From Armatimonadota bacterium (GTDB lineage Bacteria; Armatimonadota; Fimbriimonadia; Fimbriimonadales; GBS-DC): a DNA stretch of 64,000 nucleotides. The position numbers and the translations under genes are program-made. This document shows positions 18,003-28,343 of the stretch, piece by piece. Below the pieces are notes generated by a model. That model was given only the letters and a program-made list of their open reading frames with translations, was not told the DNA's origin and searched no databases. Numbering within the stretch: position 1 is the first letter of the stretch; each line of letters opens with the position of its first letter. The stretch lies in assembly GCA_023511915.1 (NCBI GenBank), contig JAIMAN010000002.1, positions 13,488 to 77,487 on the forward strand, read 5' to 3'.

Positions 18003-19433
18003 ATGAGCGTTCCCGAGATACGGTTCGGCACAGAGGGTTGGCGTGGCGTAATCGCCGACGATTTCACGGTCGCGAATGTGCGCTTGGTGACGCACGCGCT
18101 GGCGCGTCACTTGAAGGAGGCGCAGCCGCCCGGTGAGGGCGTGCTGGTGGCGTATGACTGTCGCGCGCTCTCCGAGGTGTTCGCGCAGGCGGCGGCGCAG
18201 GTGCTGGGCAGTTATGGCTTCCCCGTGTATGTTGCGCCGCGCCCCGTGTCGTCGCCCGCGGCGGCGCACGCGGTCATCAAGCGCGGGATGCAAGGCGCGG
18301 TAATGTTCACCGCCAGCCACAACCCGCCCATCTTTCACGGCGTCAAGTTCAAGCCCCACTACGGCGGCGCGGCGCTGACCGACATCACCCAGAGCATCGA
18401 ACGCCACCTCGCCGCGCTGCTGCCCGACTACGAACGCTACACCCAGCCCGTCAGCGACGCATCCGAACCGCATACGCTCGACCCTGCGCCTGACTACCTG
18501 GAGCATGTGCATCAGTTTATTCGCGTGGACGAGTTATACGAGGCGCCCTATCGCGTCGTGACAGACGCCATGCATGGTTCAGGCGCAGGCTACCTCAAGT
18601 CGCTACTAACGCGGCTGGGGCTGGAAGTCCACGCTCTGCGCGAGGAGCGCAACCCCTACTTCGGCGGGGTGAACCCCGAACCGATTCCGCAGAACCTGCA
18701 GCCGCTGCTGCACGCTGTCAAGCACCTCAAGGCGCACATCGGCATCGCCGTCGACGGCGACGGCGACCGAATCGGCGCGGTGGATGAACACGGCAACTTC
18801 GTCGACAGCCACCGCATCTTCGCCATCACGCTGCGCCACATGGTGGAACGGCGCGGCAAAGCGGGCGCAGTGGTCAAGACCTTCTCGGTCAGCCAGATGA
18901 TCGACAAACTGTGCCAGCATTATGGCTTGCCCCTTAGCGTGACGCCCATCGGTTTCAAGTTCATCGTGGAGAAGATGTTGGCAGGCGGCGTGCTGATGGG
19001 CGGCGAGGAGAGCGGCGGCATCGGCATCACCGACTACATGGTCGAGCGCGACGGCGTGATGATGGGCATGCTGCTGCTGGAGGCGATGGCGACTTCGGGC
19101 AAGACCCTCGCTGAACTGGTGGAAGAGGTGTTCACCATCACGGGTCCGTATCATTATCACCGCATCGATGCGCACTTCGAGCGCGAGCAGATGCCCGCCC
19201 TGCGCGAGCAACTCAAGACGCTGGAGTTGACGCAGGTGCTGAACACGCCCGTCGTGCAGCGCGACACGCTGGACGGCATCAAGCACATCTTGGAAGACGG
19301 CAGTTGGGTGCTGATGCGGGCGTCGGGCACGGAGCCTGTGGTGCGGATTTATGCCGAGGCGCGCACGCCCGACGGCGCACGCCACCTCGCCGAAGAGGGG
19401 CACTACACCCTCAAGCGGCTGATTGGCGCGTAG
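18003..19433 (+). CDS. Alpha-D-phosphohexomutase (phosphoglucomutase/phosphomannomutase family)
   Basis: Active-site TASHNPP, metal loop AVDGDGDRIG and sugar loop GEESGG. SD GTAGGAGG. Confidence 0.85.
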   Translation: MSVPEIRFGTEGWRGVIADDFTVANVRLVTHALARHLKEAQPPGEGVLVAYDCRALSEVFAQAAAQVLGSYGFPVYVAPRPVSSPAAAHAVIKRGMQGAVMFTASHNPPIFHGVKFKPHYGGAALTDITQSIERHLAALLPDYERYTQPVSDASEPHTLDPAPDYLEHVHQFIRVDELYEAPYRVVTDAMHGSGAGYLKSLLTRLGLEVHALREERNPYFGGVNPEPIPQNLQPLLHAVKHLKAHIGIAVDGDGDRIGAVDEHGNFVDSHRIFAITLRHMVERRGKAGAVVKTFSVSQMIDKLCQHYGLPLSVTPIGFKFIVEKMLAGGVLMGGEESGGIGITDYMVERDGVMMGMLLLEAMATSGKTLAELVEEVFTITGPYHYHRIDAHFEREQMPALREQLKTLELTQVLNTPVVQRDTLDGIKHILEDGSWVLMRASGTEPVVRIYAEARTPDGARHLAEEGHYTLKRLIGA

Positions 19434-19439
19434 GCGAGG

Positions 19440-19445
19440 TATACT
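19440..19445 (+). promoter_or_regulatory. -10 box (GGTATACT) 9 nt upstream of hisD ATG 19455; probable leaderless transcript
   Basis: The hexamer begins 6 nt after the upstream stop codon. No SD is present. Confidence 0.45.
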
Positions 19446-19454
19446 CTCGGCGCG

Positions 19455-20759
19455 ATGCTGACGGTTTTGGACGCGCGGGCGACGCCCACCGAGCAGATTC
19501 AGGCGCATTTGCAGCAGGGCGCGCCGCAGCCCACCCCAGAGATGGAGGCGCAAGTGCGCGCCATCTGCGAGCGCGTGCGCACGGAGGGCGACCGTGCCTT
19601 GATAGAGTTCACCCGCCAGTGGGACTGCCCCATCCTTGAGACGCTGGAGGTCTCTGAAGCGGAGTTCGAGGCGGCGTATCGGCGCCTCAGCGAGGCGACG
19701 CTGACGGCGATTCGGCACGCAGTGGCGCGGGTGCGCCGCTTCCACAAACAAATGCGCCCGCACTCGTGGCACATGCTGGAGGCGCACGGCGGCTGGCTGG
19801 GGCAACTGGTGCGCCCGTTGGAGCGCGTCGGCGTCTACGCGCCTGGCGGACGCGCCCGCTATCCCAGCACGGTGATTATGAACGCTGTGCCTGCCCGCGT
19901 TGCAGGCGTGGACGAAATCATCCTCTGCACCCCGCCGCAACAGGACGGGAGCATACCCGCCTCCGTGCTGGTCGCCGCGCGCGAGTCGGGCGTGCAGCGC
20001 GTGTTCAAGGTCGGCGGCGCACAAGCCGTCGCCGCGATGGCTTACGGCGCCGAGACCATCCCCGCCGTCGAGAAGATTGTGGGACCAGGCAACCTGTATG
20101 TAGCGCTGGCGAAGCGGCTGCTGTGGGGCGTGGTGGGCGTGGACATGTGGGCAGGACCGAGCGAGGTCGCCATAATTGCCGATGCGCACGCGAACCCCGC
20201 CTACATCGCCGCCGACCTGCTGACCCAACTGGAACACGGCGCGGAGTCGGTCGGCTACCTGTTCACGCCGAGCGAGCAGGCGCTTCAGGGGACGCTTGCC
20301 GCGCTGGAAGCGCAACTGCCTCAGCGGGCGCGACGGGCAATCTTGCGCGAGTCGCTTGCCCGCAGCCTCGCCGTGCTGACGCGCAGCCTGCCCGAAGCGT
20401 TCGAACTGGCGAACCTCGCCGCGCCCGAACACCTGACGCTGATGGTGCAGCACCCGATGCACTGGCTGAGCCATGTGCGCAACGCGGGCTGCGTCCTGCT
20501 GGGGGGCGACACGCCGCAGTCGGCGGGCGACTACCTCGCGGGACCCAGCCACACGCTGCCCACAGGGCGCGCCGCACGGTTCGAATCGCCCGTGTCGGTG
20601 GAGACCTTCCTCAAGCGCAGCAGCGTGATTGCTCTCAGTCGCGACGCGCTGCACCACCTCGCGCCCGACATCCTCGCCCTCGCCGACGAGGAGGGCTTCG
20701 AGGCGCACGCCGCTGCCGTACACATCCGATTACACGAGGAGAACAATGCGAACGCCTAA
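19455..20759 (+). CDS. hisD: Histidinol dehydrogenase
   Basis: Full-length HisD-like sequence (GGAQAVAAMAYG, LLTQLEHG, GDYLAGPSHTLPT). Confidence 0.9.
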   Translation: MLTVLDARATPTEQIQAHLQQGAPQPTPEMEAQVRAICERVRTEGDRALIEFTRQWDCPILETLEVSEAEFEAAYRRLSEATLTAIRHAVARVRRFHKQMRPHSWHMLEAHGGWLGQLVRPLERVGVYAPGGRARYPSTVIMNAVPARVAGVDEIILCTPPQQDGSIPASVLVAARESGVQRVFKVGGAQAVAAMAYGAETIPAVEKIVGPGNLYVALAKRLLWGVVGVDMWAGPSEVAIIADAHANPAYIAADLLTQLEHGAESVGYLFTPSEQALQGTLAALEAQLPQRARRAILRESLARSLAVLTRSLPEAFELANLAAPEHLTLMVQHPMHWLSHVRNAGCVLLGGDTPQSAGDYLAGPSHTLPTGRAARFESPVSVETFLKRSSVIALSRDALHHLAPDILALADEEGFEAHAAAVHIRLHEENNANA

Positions 20760-21378
20760 CCCCGGTTCCCGATTTGGCATGTACGAGCGCGAGACGAGCG
20801 AGACGCGCGTCTATGTGTCCGTTGACCTCGACGGCACAGGCAGCGCGCAAATCAGCACAGGCGTCGGCTTTTTTGACCACATGCTGACCCAAGTCGCCCG
20901 CCACGGGGTGATAGACCTCGTGGTGAGCGCAACAGGCGACTTGGAAGTCGACGAACACCATACGGTGGAGGATGTTGGCATCTGCTTGGGCAAGGCGGTG
21001 CAGCAGGCGTTGGGCGACATGCGCGGCGTCAACCGCTACGGCTGGGCGATTGTGCCGATGGACGAGTCGCTGGCAATGTGCGCCATTGATTTCAGCGGGC
21101 GACCCCTGCTGGCGTTCGAGGCGCAGTTCCAGCGCGAGCGCGTCGGACAGATGCCGACCGAGTTAGTGGCGGAGTTTTTCCGCGCGTTCGTCAGCCACGC
21201 GCACGCGACGCTGCACCTGCGCCTGTTGCAAGGCGGCAACGACCACCACGCGATCGAGGCGCTGTTCAAGGCGTTCGCCAAAGCGCTGGAGATGGCGACG
21301 CGCTTCCACCCGCGCCAAACGGGAACCCCCTCCACCAAAGGCTACATCGAGGGCGCGGAACCATCGAGCGGACTATGA
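20746..21378 (+). CDS. hisB: Imidazoleglycerol-phosphate dehydratase
   Basis: RETSETRVYVSVDLDG, GFFDHML and DEHHTVEDVGI motifs. Internal ATG at 20746 overlaps the hisD end by 14 nt. Confidence 0.9.
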   Translation: MRTPNPGSRFGMYERETSETRVYVSVDLDGTGSAQISTGVGFFDHMLTQVARHGVIDLVVSATGDLEVDEHHTVEDVGICLGKAVQQALGDMRGVNRYGWAIVPMDESLAMCAIDFSGRPLLAFEAQFQRERVGQMPTELVAEFFRAFVSHAHATLHLRLLQGGNDHHAIEALFKAFAKALEMATRFHPRQTGTPSTKGYIEGAEPSSGL

Positions 21379-22013
21379 TTGCCATCGTCAACTACGGGAT
21401 GGGCAACCTGCGCAGCGTGCAGAAGGCGTTGGAGCATCTCGGCGCGACGACGCACATTACCAGCGACCCCGCCGATTTGCACGCGGCGGACGCCGTCGTG
21501 CTGCCAGGCGTCGGGGCGTTCGGCGCGGCGATGCAACGCCTCAACGACGCGGGGCTGACCTCTGCCCTGCAACGCGCGATTGAATCGGGCAAGCCGTTTC
21601 TGGGCATCTGCTTGGGGCTGCAACTGCTGTTCGAGAGCAGTTCGGAATCGCCCGGCGTCGCGGGGCTGGGCGTCCTGAAGGGGCGCGTGGTCGGCTTCGC
21701 GGAGACGCCTAACTTCCCGCTGCGCATCCCGCACATGGGCTGGAGCCGTCTACGCCTCGCCCAGCCCGACTGCCCCCTGTGGCAGGGCGTCCCCGACGGC
21801 GCGTATGTCTATTTTGTGCATTCGTACTACCCCGCGCCTGCCGACGAGAACCTGATTACCGCCTACTGCGACTACGGGGTGCGCTTTGCGTGCGCCGTTG
21901 GGGTGGGCAACCTGCATGCCGTGCAGTTCCACCCCGAAAAAAGCAGCGACACAGGCTTGCAAATCCTGCGCAACTTCCTCGCCGTTGTTGGAGCTGCCTC
22001 ATGTTGCCCGTAG
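21375..22013 (+). CDS. hisH: Imidazole glycerol phosphate synthase, glutamine amidotransferase subunit
   Basis: MIAIVNYGMGNLRSV, catalytic GICLGLQLL, and HSY...FHPEKS. Confidence 0.9.
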   Translation: MIAIVNYGMGNLRSVQKALEHLGATTHITSDPADLHAADAVVLPGVGAFGAAMQRLNDAGLTSALQRAIESGKPFLGICLGLQLLFESSSESPGVAGLGVLKGRVVGFAETPNFPLRIPHMGWSRLRLAQPDCPLWQGVPDGAYVYFVHSYYPAPADENLITAYCDYGVRFACAVGVGNLHAVQFHPEKSSDTGLQILRNFLAVVGAASCCP

Positions 22014-23095
22014 ACCTCAACCACATCGAGCGACTGCTGATTCTGAAGGTCTCCTCGATGGGGGACTTGGTGCATGCGTCGCCTGTGGCGGCGGCGTTGA
22101 AACGGGCGTTCCCGCACCTGCGCATCGGCTGGATTGCGGAAGACCGCCACGCAGGAGTGCTTGCCGATTCGCCGCGCATCGATCGGCTGCACATCATCCC
22201 GCATCGCGTGCTTCGGGAGCGCCCGTTCGGGCGCGCGGCGTGGCAGACTGTGCTTCGCCTGACGCGGGAGTTGCGTGCGGAGCGGTATCAGGTCGCGCTG
22301 GACTTGCAGGGGTTGCTGAAAAGCGCGATATGGGGCGTGCTGGGGGGCGTGCCCATCCGCTACGGGGCGCACCGCATGCGCGAACTGACCCCGCTGCTGC
22401 TGCGACGCATCCCCATCCCTGACCGCCCCGACCGCCATGTGGTGCAGCAGTATCTGGACGCGGCGCGGTGGCTGGGCGCGCCCTGCGAGTTCCCCGACCT
22501 CTACGCCACGCCCGATGACGCCTCCGCGCCCGAACCGCCCGTGGAGTTCCCACTGTATGTGCCCGACGCGGCGCGTCAGCAAGTTGCCTGCAAACTCGCG
22601 CAACTCGGCGTGGAGGACCAGCCACTGATTAGCATGAACCCCTCCGCGGGCAGACCGTGGAAGCGCTGGCGCATCGAACACTTCGCCGAGTTGTCCGACC
22701 GAATTGAGGCGGAGTGGGGCGTCCCTGTGGTGTTCGTCGGGGGACCGGGCGATAATCCGCTGGAGGAGCAACTCGCGCGTCTCAAGCGGCGTCCGCTGCG
22801 CAGCCTGATTGGGCGCACGAGCCTGAAAGCGGCGATGGCGGTCGTGCAGCGGTCGGCAGTGCATGTGTGCGGCGACACGGGCACGGCGCACATCGCTGCG
22901 GCGTTCCGCGTGCCTGTGGTCTCGCTGTACGGACCGACCAGCCCCGACCGCACGGGACCCTACGGACAGCGCGCCCGCGCCCTCTACAAGCGACCCCTCT
23001 GCACCGCCTGCCCGCCCAACCGTTGCATCCGCAAGGAGTGCCTGCAGTGGATTACCGTCGATGAGGTGCTGACGGCGGTTGGGGCGTTGGTTTAG
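22001..23095 (+). CDS. Glycosyltransferase family 9 (LPS heptosyltransferase-like)
   Basis: LILKVSSMGDLVHASPV at the N-terminus and C-terminal GDTGTAHIAAAF. ATG at 22001 overlaps hisH by 13 nt. Confidence 0.8.
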   Translation: MLPVDLNHIERLLILKVSSMGDLVHASPVAAALKRAFPHLRIGWIAEDRHAGVLADSPRIDRLHIIPHRVLRERPFGRAAWQTVLRLTRELRAERYQVALDLQGLLKSAIWGVLGGVPIRYGAHRMRELTPLLLRRIPIPDRPDRHVVQQYLDAARWLGAPCEFPDLYATPDDASAPEPPVEFPLYVPDAARQQVACKLAQLGVEDQPLISMNPSAGRPWKRWRIEHFAELSDRIEAEWGVPVVFVGGPGDNPLEEQLARLKRRPLRSLIGRTSLKAAMAVVQRSAVHVCGDTGTAHIAAAFRVPVVSLYGPTSPDRTGPYGQRARALYKRPLCTACPPNRCIRKECLQWITVDEVLTAVGALV

Positions 23096-23151
23096 CGGGT
23101 GCGGGTGTGTCCCCAGATAGTGACCCCTGCCAGCAGGTACAATCCCTGCCG

Positions 23152-25491
23152 ATGGAGTGGGACGCGCAAACGCTGCAGGTGCTGGAGTTGGACTATGTGC
23201 GTCAGGAGTGGGCGAAGCGCGCGGACACCCCGTTCGGGCGCGAGCATGCGCTGACACGCGACCTCAGCCGCGACGAGACGCTGGTCGCGCTGCGCCTGCA
23301 GGAGACGGACGATGCTGTGCGCCTGTTGCAACGCGAGCCGCCGTCCCCTGTGCGCGGGTTCGAGCCGCGCCCCGCGCTGCAGAAAGCCACGAAAGGCGGC
23401 GCGCTTAGCCCCGACGAACTGCTGAGCGTCCAACGCCTGCTGCAAACCGCACGCCTCTACAAAAGCCACCTGCTGCCCCGCGCCGAGCGATACCCGCGCC
23501 TCGCCCGCTACGCCGAACGCCTGCACACCCTACACACGCTGGAGAAGCACATCGCGCAGTGCATCGCGCCGTCGGGCGAGGTGCTGGACACCGCCAGCGA
23601 GCGACTGGCGCAACTCCGCCGCGACCAGCAACGCCTGCACAAGCGCATCACCGAAGAGTTGCAACGCCTGATTCACACGCTGCGCGACGCCCTGCAGGAG
23701 CCGCACTACACGATTCGCGGCGGACGCTACTGCCTGCCCGTGCGTAGCGACTCGCGCGGGCGCGTCAAGGGTATCGTCCACGACGCCAGCGCGAGCGGCG
23801 CAACGCTGTTTATCGAACCCGAACCGCTGATTGAACTGGGCAACCGCCTGCGCGAACTGCACGCCGCCGAACAGGAAGAGATCGACGCCATCCTGTACGG
23901 TCTCTCGCGAGCGGTGGAGGCGGAATCGGACGCGCTGCATGAGACGCTGGACGCGCTGACCTTGATTGACGCTGCGCTGGCAGCGGGCAGACTCGCGCTC
24001 GACTGGGACTGCACGATGCCCGCGCTGAACACGCAGGGCGAGTGGAAACTGCGCAAGGCGCGCCACCCGATGATCCCGCGCGAGCGCGCCCAACCGATTG
24101 ACCTCGAACTGGGGCGCGAGTGGCTGGGCGTGCTGATCACGGGTCCCAACACGGGCGGCAAGACGGTCAGCCTCAAGACGCTGGGGCTACTGACGCTGAT
24201 GACCCTGCTGGGGCTGCACATCCCCGCGCTGGAGGGGTCGCGCATCGCCATCCCGAACGGCATCTACGCTGACATCGGCGACGAGCAGAGCTTGCAGCAG
24301 TCGCTGTCCACCTTTTCGGGGCACATGCGGCACATCATCCGCTACTTGGCGCAGGCGGGTCGGTACAGCCTCGTGTTGCTGGACGAACTCGGCGCGGGCA
24401 CTGACCCGACGGAGGGCGCGGCGCTGGCGCGAGCCATCCTGCAGACGCTGCTGGAGCGCGAGGCGCGCGTGGTCGCCACCACCCACTACGGCGAACTGAA
24501 GGCGTTTGCGCACCGCCACCCCCAGCTGATCAACGCCGCGATGGAGTTCGACCTCGAAACGCTGCAGCCGACCTACCGCCTGCTGATGGGCGCGCCAGGC
24601 GCGAGCCACGCTATCGAGATCGCGCGTCGGCTGGGACTGCCCCCGCGCGTGGCGCAACTGGCGACCGAATCGCTGGGCGTGCAAGAGGCGACGCTGACAG
24701 AGATGATTCAAGACCTCGAACGCGCCCGACGCCACGCCGAGCAAGCCGAAGCCGAGTGGCGCGCAAAACTGCAGGAACTTGCCGAGCGCGAAGCGCGCCT
24801 GAACGCCGACCGCGCCGCGCTGGAACACGACAAGCAAACCTACAAGCAACGCCTGCAGCAGGAGATGGAGCAAGTGCTGGAGCAGGCGCGCGCCGAAGCC
24901 GAGCAAATCCTGCGCCAGCTGCGCCAAGCGCCGCGCGAGAGCAAGCAGACCGCCCAACTGCGCGAGCAGATGCACCAGTTGGTGGAGGGCGTGCGCGCCC
25001 CGCGCGAGCGCGCATCTGCGACCCCGCCCGACCAGCCCGCCGAGTGGCGCGCAGGCATGCGCGTGCGCATCCGCAGCCTGAGCAAGGAGGGCACACTCGC
25101 CGAGCCGCCCAGCGACGGCAAAGCGCAAGTGTTCGTCGGCAAACTGCGCATGGCGTTTCCGCTGAGCGACCTTGAGCCGCTACCCGACCCGCAGCAGAAG
25201 CCCGCGCCCACCCGCTACTCCAAGCCGCGCCCGCCCCAACCCGTGCCGCTGGAGTTAGACCTGCACGGCAGGCGCGTCGAAGAGGCGCTGCCCCTGCTGG
25301 AGAAGTACCTCGACGACGCGATTCTGGCAGGGCTGGGCAGCGTGCGCATCAATCACGGCAGGGGCACAGGGACGCTGCGGTCGGTCGTGCATCAGTATCT
25401 CAAGAGCCACCCCCAGGTGCGCGGGTTCCACCTCGCGCCCCAGCATGAAGGCGGCGACGGCGTGACGATTGTGCTGTTCCGCGGACGGTAA
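23152..25491 (+). CDS. mutS2: Endonuclease MutS2 (MutS domain V ATPase plus C-terminal Smr)
   Basis: Walker A ITGPNTGGKTV, LLDELGAGTDP, a long coiled coil, and Smr LDLHGRRVEEAL...INHGRGTG. Confidence 0.9.
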   Translation: MEWDAQTLQVLELDYVRQEWAKRADTPFGREHALTRDLSRDETLVALRLQETDDAVRLLQREPPSPVRGFEPRPALQKATKGGALSPDELLSVQRLLQTARLYKSHLLPRAERYPRLARYAERLHTLHTLEKHIAQCIAPSGEVLDTASERLAQLRRDQQRLHKRITEELQRLIHTLRDALQEPHYTIRGGRYCLPVRSDSRGRVKGIVHDASASGATLFIEPEPLIELGNRLRELHAAEQEEIDAILYGLSRAVEAESDALHETLDALTLIDAALAAGRLALDWDCTMPALNTQGEWKLRKARHPMIPRERAQPIDLELGREWLGVLITGPNTGGKTVSLKTLGLLTLMTLLGLHIPALEGSRIAIPNGIYADIGDEQSLQQSLSTFSGHMRHIIRYLAQAGRYSLVLLDELGAGTDPTEGAALARAILQTLLEREARVVATTHYGELKAFAHRHPQLINAAMEFDLETLQPTYRLLMGAPGASHAIEIARRLGLPPRVAQLATESLGVQEATLTEMIQDLERARRHAEQAEAEWRAKLQELAEREARLNADRAALEHDKQTYKQRLQQEMEQVLEQARAEAEQILRQLRQAPRESKQTAQLREQMHQLVEGVRAPRERASATPPDQPAEWRAGMRVRIRSLSKEGTLAEPPSDGKAQVFVGKLRMAFPLSDLEPLPDPQQKPAPTRYSKPRPPQPVPLELDLHGRRVEEALPLLEKYLDDAILAGLGSVRINHGRGTGTLRSVVHQYLKSHPQVRGFHLAPQHEGGDGVTIVLFRGR

Positions 25492-25568
25492 GGAACGCCC
25501 TGCGCGACGCCGATAATTAAGGAACGGAACCTCGCCGCGCGTAGCCGCGCCTAATGCGCCAGATAGGG

Positions 25569-25574
25569 TACAAT
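25569..25574 (+). promoter_or_regulatory. -10 box (GGGTACAAT) for the response-regulator gene (leadered; SD GGAGGA at 25592)
   Basis: Same GGTAYAMT motif, 30 nt upstream of ATG 25605. Confidence 0.35.
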
Positions 25575-25604
25575 ATCGGTACTATACCGCGCGGAGGACA
25601 ATCG

Positions 25605-26009
25605 ATGAGGAAGATTCTGGTTGTAGACGACGAACGGCACATCGTGCGCCTGATTCAGGTCAACCTGGAGCGGCAGGGCTACAATGTCGTCACGGCGCAC
25701 GACGGCAAAGAGGCGCTGGAGAAGGTCGCTTCTGAAAAGCCCGACTTGGTGGTGCTGGATGTGATGATGCCCTATATGGACGGCTTCGAGGTGCTGCGCA
25801 ACCTGCGTCGCGACCCAGCGACGGCGGAGCTGCCCGTGATTATGCTGACCGCGAAGGCGCAAGACCAAGATGTGTTTCGCGGCTGGCAGGAGGGCGTCGA
25901 TATGTACCTGACCAAGCCGTTCAACCCGCAGGAGCTGATCACCTTCGTCAAGCGCATCTTCCGTTCGCGTGAGACTGGCGAAGATGGTGACGGACGCTAT
26001 GAACTCTAA
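25605..26009 (+). CDS. Stand-alone response regulator receiver (CheY-like)
   Basis: ILVVDDE, phospho-acceptor LVVLDVMMP, ML(T)AK and KPF motifs. No output domain. Confidence 0.85.
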   Translation: MRKILVVDDERHIVRLIQVNLERQGYNVVTAHDGKEALEKVASEKPDLVVLDVMMPYMDGFEVLRNLRRDPATAELPVIMLTAKAQDQDVFRGWQEGVDMYLTKPFNPQELITFVKRIFRSRETGEDGDGRYEL

Positions 26010-26211
26010 CAGCGCGCCCCGCTGCTCGTATGGATGGCTGGTCGGCGCGGCAGTGATTACCGCTGCCGTGACCGCAATCGCAGTCATCCGCCGATTGCAG
26101 GAGAAACAGGCGCAGCCAGAGTACCGCGCCGAGCGCGCCTACCAACGCGGCATCAAACAGGTGCAGGCGGTGGAAGAGCGCATCCCGCGCTGGCTGGCGG
26201 AGCATAACTGA
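25999..26211 (+). CDS. Small single-TM hypothetical protein
   Basis: ATG 25999 overlaps the receiver gene end by 11 nt. One TM (WLVGAAVITAAVTAIAVI) is followed by an amphipathic helix. No family recognised. Confidence 0.35.
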   Translation: MNSNSAPRCSYGWLVGAAVITAAVTAIAVIRRLQEKQAQPEYRAERAYQRGIKQVQAVEERIPRWLAEHN

Positions 26212-26282
26212 ACCTACGGAACTCAGGGCGACGCACACCCAACGGGCGCGCCGCCCTGACCGCGTTCCACGCTGGAGGCAAA

Positions 26283-27551
26283 ATGTCGGTTTCGGTCGTC
26301 GTCGGCGCCCAGTGGGGCGACGAAGCGAAAGGGAAAGTCGTCGATCTGCTTGCCAAAGATGCACGCTATGTCGTGCGCTACGCAGGCGGCAGCAACGCGG
26401 GACATACGGTCTGTGTCAACGGCGCGACCTACAAGTTCCACCTCATCCCGTCGGGCATCCTGCACCCGCAGGCGACCGCCGTGATCGCCGACGGGGTGGT
26501 GATGGACTTGCGGGCGTTCGTGGCGGAAGCGGACGCGCTGCAGGTGCAAGGCGTTGACCTCTCGCGCCTGCGCATTGGGCTGGGCGTTCACCTGACGATG
26601 CCTTACCACCGCCTGCTCGACGAACTCGAAGAGTCGCAACTGGAAGGGCGCATCGGCACTACCAAGCGCGGGATCGGACCCACCTACGCCGACAAGGCGT
26701 GGCGCATCGGCGTGCGCGTCGCCGACTTGTTGGATCGCGACCGCTTCGCGCAGCGCGTCTGGCGCGTGCTGCAACGGCGCAACCCGACCATCCAGCGCGT
26801 CTACAACGCCACACCCATCAACGCCGACGCGCTGATTGCCGAGTTCGAACCCTACGCCGAGCGCGTGCGCCCCTACGCTTGCGATGTGCCCCACCTGCTG
26901 ATGGACGCTGCCGAGCGCGGCGAGCCAATCCTGCTGGAAGGCGCGCAGGGCACGCTGCTGGACCTGGACTACGGCACCTACCCGTATGTGACCTCGTCGC
27001 ACCCTGTGGCGGCGGGCGCATGCTTGGGCACGGGGATTGCGCCGAACCGCCTGCGCGAGATCTGGGGCGTGGCGAAAGCCTACACGACGCGCGTGGGCGA
27101 GGGACCGTTCCCGACCGAGTTGACCGACGAGACGGGCGACCGCATCCGCAATCGCGGGCGCGAGTACGGCACGACCACAGGCAGGGCGCGGCGCGTCGGC
27201 TGGCTGGACTTGGTCGCGCTGCGCTACGCCGCCCGCGTCAACGGCTTCACCGCTTTGGCGGTCACCCTGCTCGATGTGCTGTCAGGGTTCGATGCGCTGA
27301 AGGTGTGCGTTGCCTATCGGCTGGACGGCACGATAACGCGCGACTTTATCGCCGACGCGCCGACTTTGGCACGCTGCGAACCCGTGTACGAGACGCTGCC
27401 GGGCTGGCGCGAGGAGATCGGCGACTGCCGCACGCTCGACGAGTTGCCCCCCAACGCCCGCGCCTATCTGCAGTTCATCGAGCAGTATGTGGGCGCGCCC
27501 ATACGCCTTGTATCGGTCGGCGCAGGGCGCGAGCAGACGATTTGGGTGTAA
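26283..27551 (+). CDS. purA: Adenylosuccinate synthase
   Basis: GAQWGDEAKGKVVD P-loop, GTTKRGIGPTY, and TTGRARRVGWLD. Confidence 0.95.
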   Translation: MSVSVVVGAQWGDEAKGKVVDLLAKDARYVVRYAGGSNAGHTVCVNGATYKFHLIPSGILHPQATAVIADGVVMDLRAFVAEADALQVQGVDLSRLRIGLGVHLTMPYHRLLDELEESQLEGRIGTTKRGIGPTYADKAWRIGVRVADLLDRDRFAQRVWRVLQRRNPTIQRVYNATPINADALIAEFEPYAERVRPYACDVPHLLMDAAERGEPILLEGAQGTLLDLDYGTYPYVTSSHPVAAGACLGTGIAPNRLREIWGVAKAYTTRVGEGPFPTELTDETGDRIRNRGREYGTTTGRARRVGWLDLVALRYAARVNGFTALAVTLLDVLSGFDALKVCVAYRLDGTITRDFIADAPTLARCEPVYETLPGWREEIGDCRTLDELPPNARAYLQFIEQYVGAPIRLVSVGAGREQTIWV

Positions 27552-27553
27552 GC

Positions 27554-28318
27554 CTACTCCTCCCAGCGTTCGGGTCGGCGCAGGCTGTCCAGCGTCATCG
27601 GCTTGATGTGCCCGTCGACGAACGCTACATTGGCAAACCCGCCGACAATCTGCCCGTCGCGAATTTGGCTGAAGTGGCGCGGGAAGACATGCCCGTAGCT
27701 CAGCGGGCGCAGCGGCGGCGCGCCCTGCCACAAGCGCGGCGGGTAGACCATTGCGTAGCCGATACGGTCGTAGCCCGTGCAGGTCAGCCCCTGCGAGCGC
27801 GTCTCCAGCGTGATGCTTTCCACGAACATCACAATCTCACTGGCGCGTTGTACCCGCGCCAGCGGCGCGCCGCGATAGGGCGCCTCCGTCGGGTTGAACT
27901 CGTCCAGCGACGGCGACAGAAAAATCTGGTTCAGCCCCCACGCAGGGAACCGCCCGAACACATACCCGAAGTACGGGTGGTCTAACTCGCGGCAGTTGCT
28001 CTTCGGCTCGGTGGGGCACCAGAACACCTCGAACGAGTTGGTGTACGGGCGCAGCAGCCACGGCCAGAAGTAATACCCGTAGTTGTTCGGCTGGGTGCGC
28101 CCCCCATCCCCGATGTAGTAGGCAGGGAAAAAGGTCTCGTCGTAGTCCTGCAGGTACATCTGCGTCGCCAGCACAATCTGGCGCAGGTTGGAGGCGCAGG
28201 TGGTTTGCCGCGCCTTCTCGCGCGCCTGCGCAAACACAGGAAACAGAATCGCCCCCAATATCGCAATAATCGCGATGACCACCAGCAGCTCAATCAGTGT
28301 GAACGCTCTTGCTCGCAT
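27554..28318 (-). CDS. Prepilin-type N-terminal cleavage/methylation domain protein, DUF1559 family (H-x9-DG)
   Basis: [46 protein letters not shown]-terminus and C-terminal FVDGHIKP. Confidence 0.85.
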   Translation of the reverse strand: MRARAFTLIELLVVIAIIAILGAILFPVFAQAREKARQTTCASNLRQIVLATQMYLQDYDETFFPAYYIGDGGRTQPNNYGYYFWPWLLRPYTNSFEVFWCPTEPKSNCRELDHPYFGYVFGRFPAWGLNQIFLSPSLDEFNPTEAPYRGAPLARVQRASEIVMFVESITLETRSQGLTCTGYDRIGYAMVYPPRLWQGAPPLRPLSYGHVFPRHFSQIRDGQIVGGFANVAFVDGHIKPMTLDSLRRPERWEE

Positions 28319-28343
28319 CGGTTTTGCCTCCTGTTAGGATTTG

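Noticed and set aside
18606-20723. 705-aa ORF on the minus strand
   Set aside because: It is entirely antisense to the phosphohexomutase and hisD genes, which carry clear family motifs. The translation is Arg/Ala/Gly/His-rich with no recognisable domain. This is the typical stop-free antisense frame of high-GC DNA.
21872-23257. 461-aa minus-strand ORF
   Set aside because: It is antisense to hisH, the GT9 gene and the mutS2 start. It has no motifs and an Arg/Pro/Ala-rich composition.
26699-27985. 428-aa plus-strand ORF spanning purA and the DUF1559 gene
   Set aside because: It is off-frame within purA and antisense to the pilin-like gene. Both overlapped genes have unmistakable signatures.
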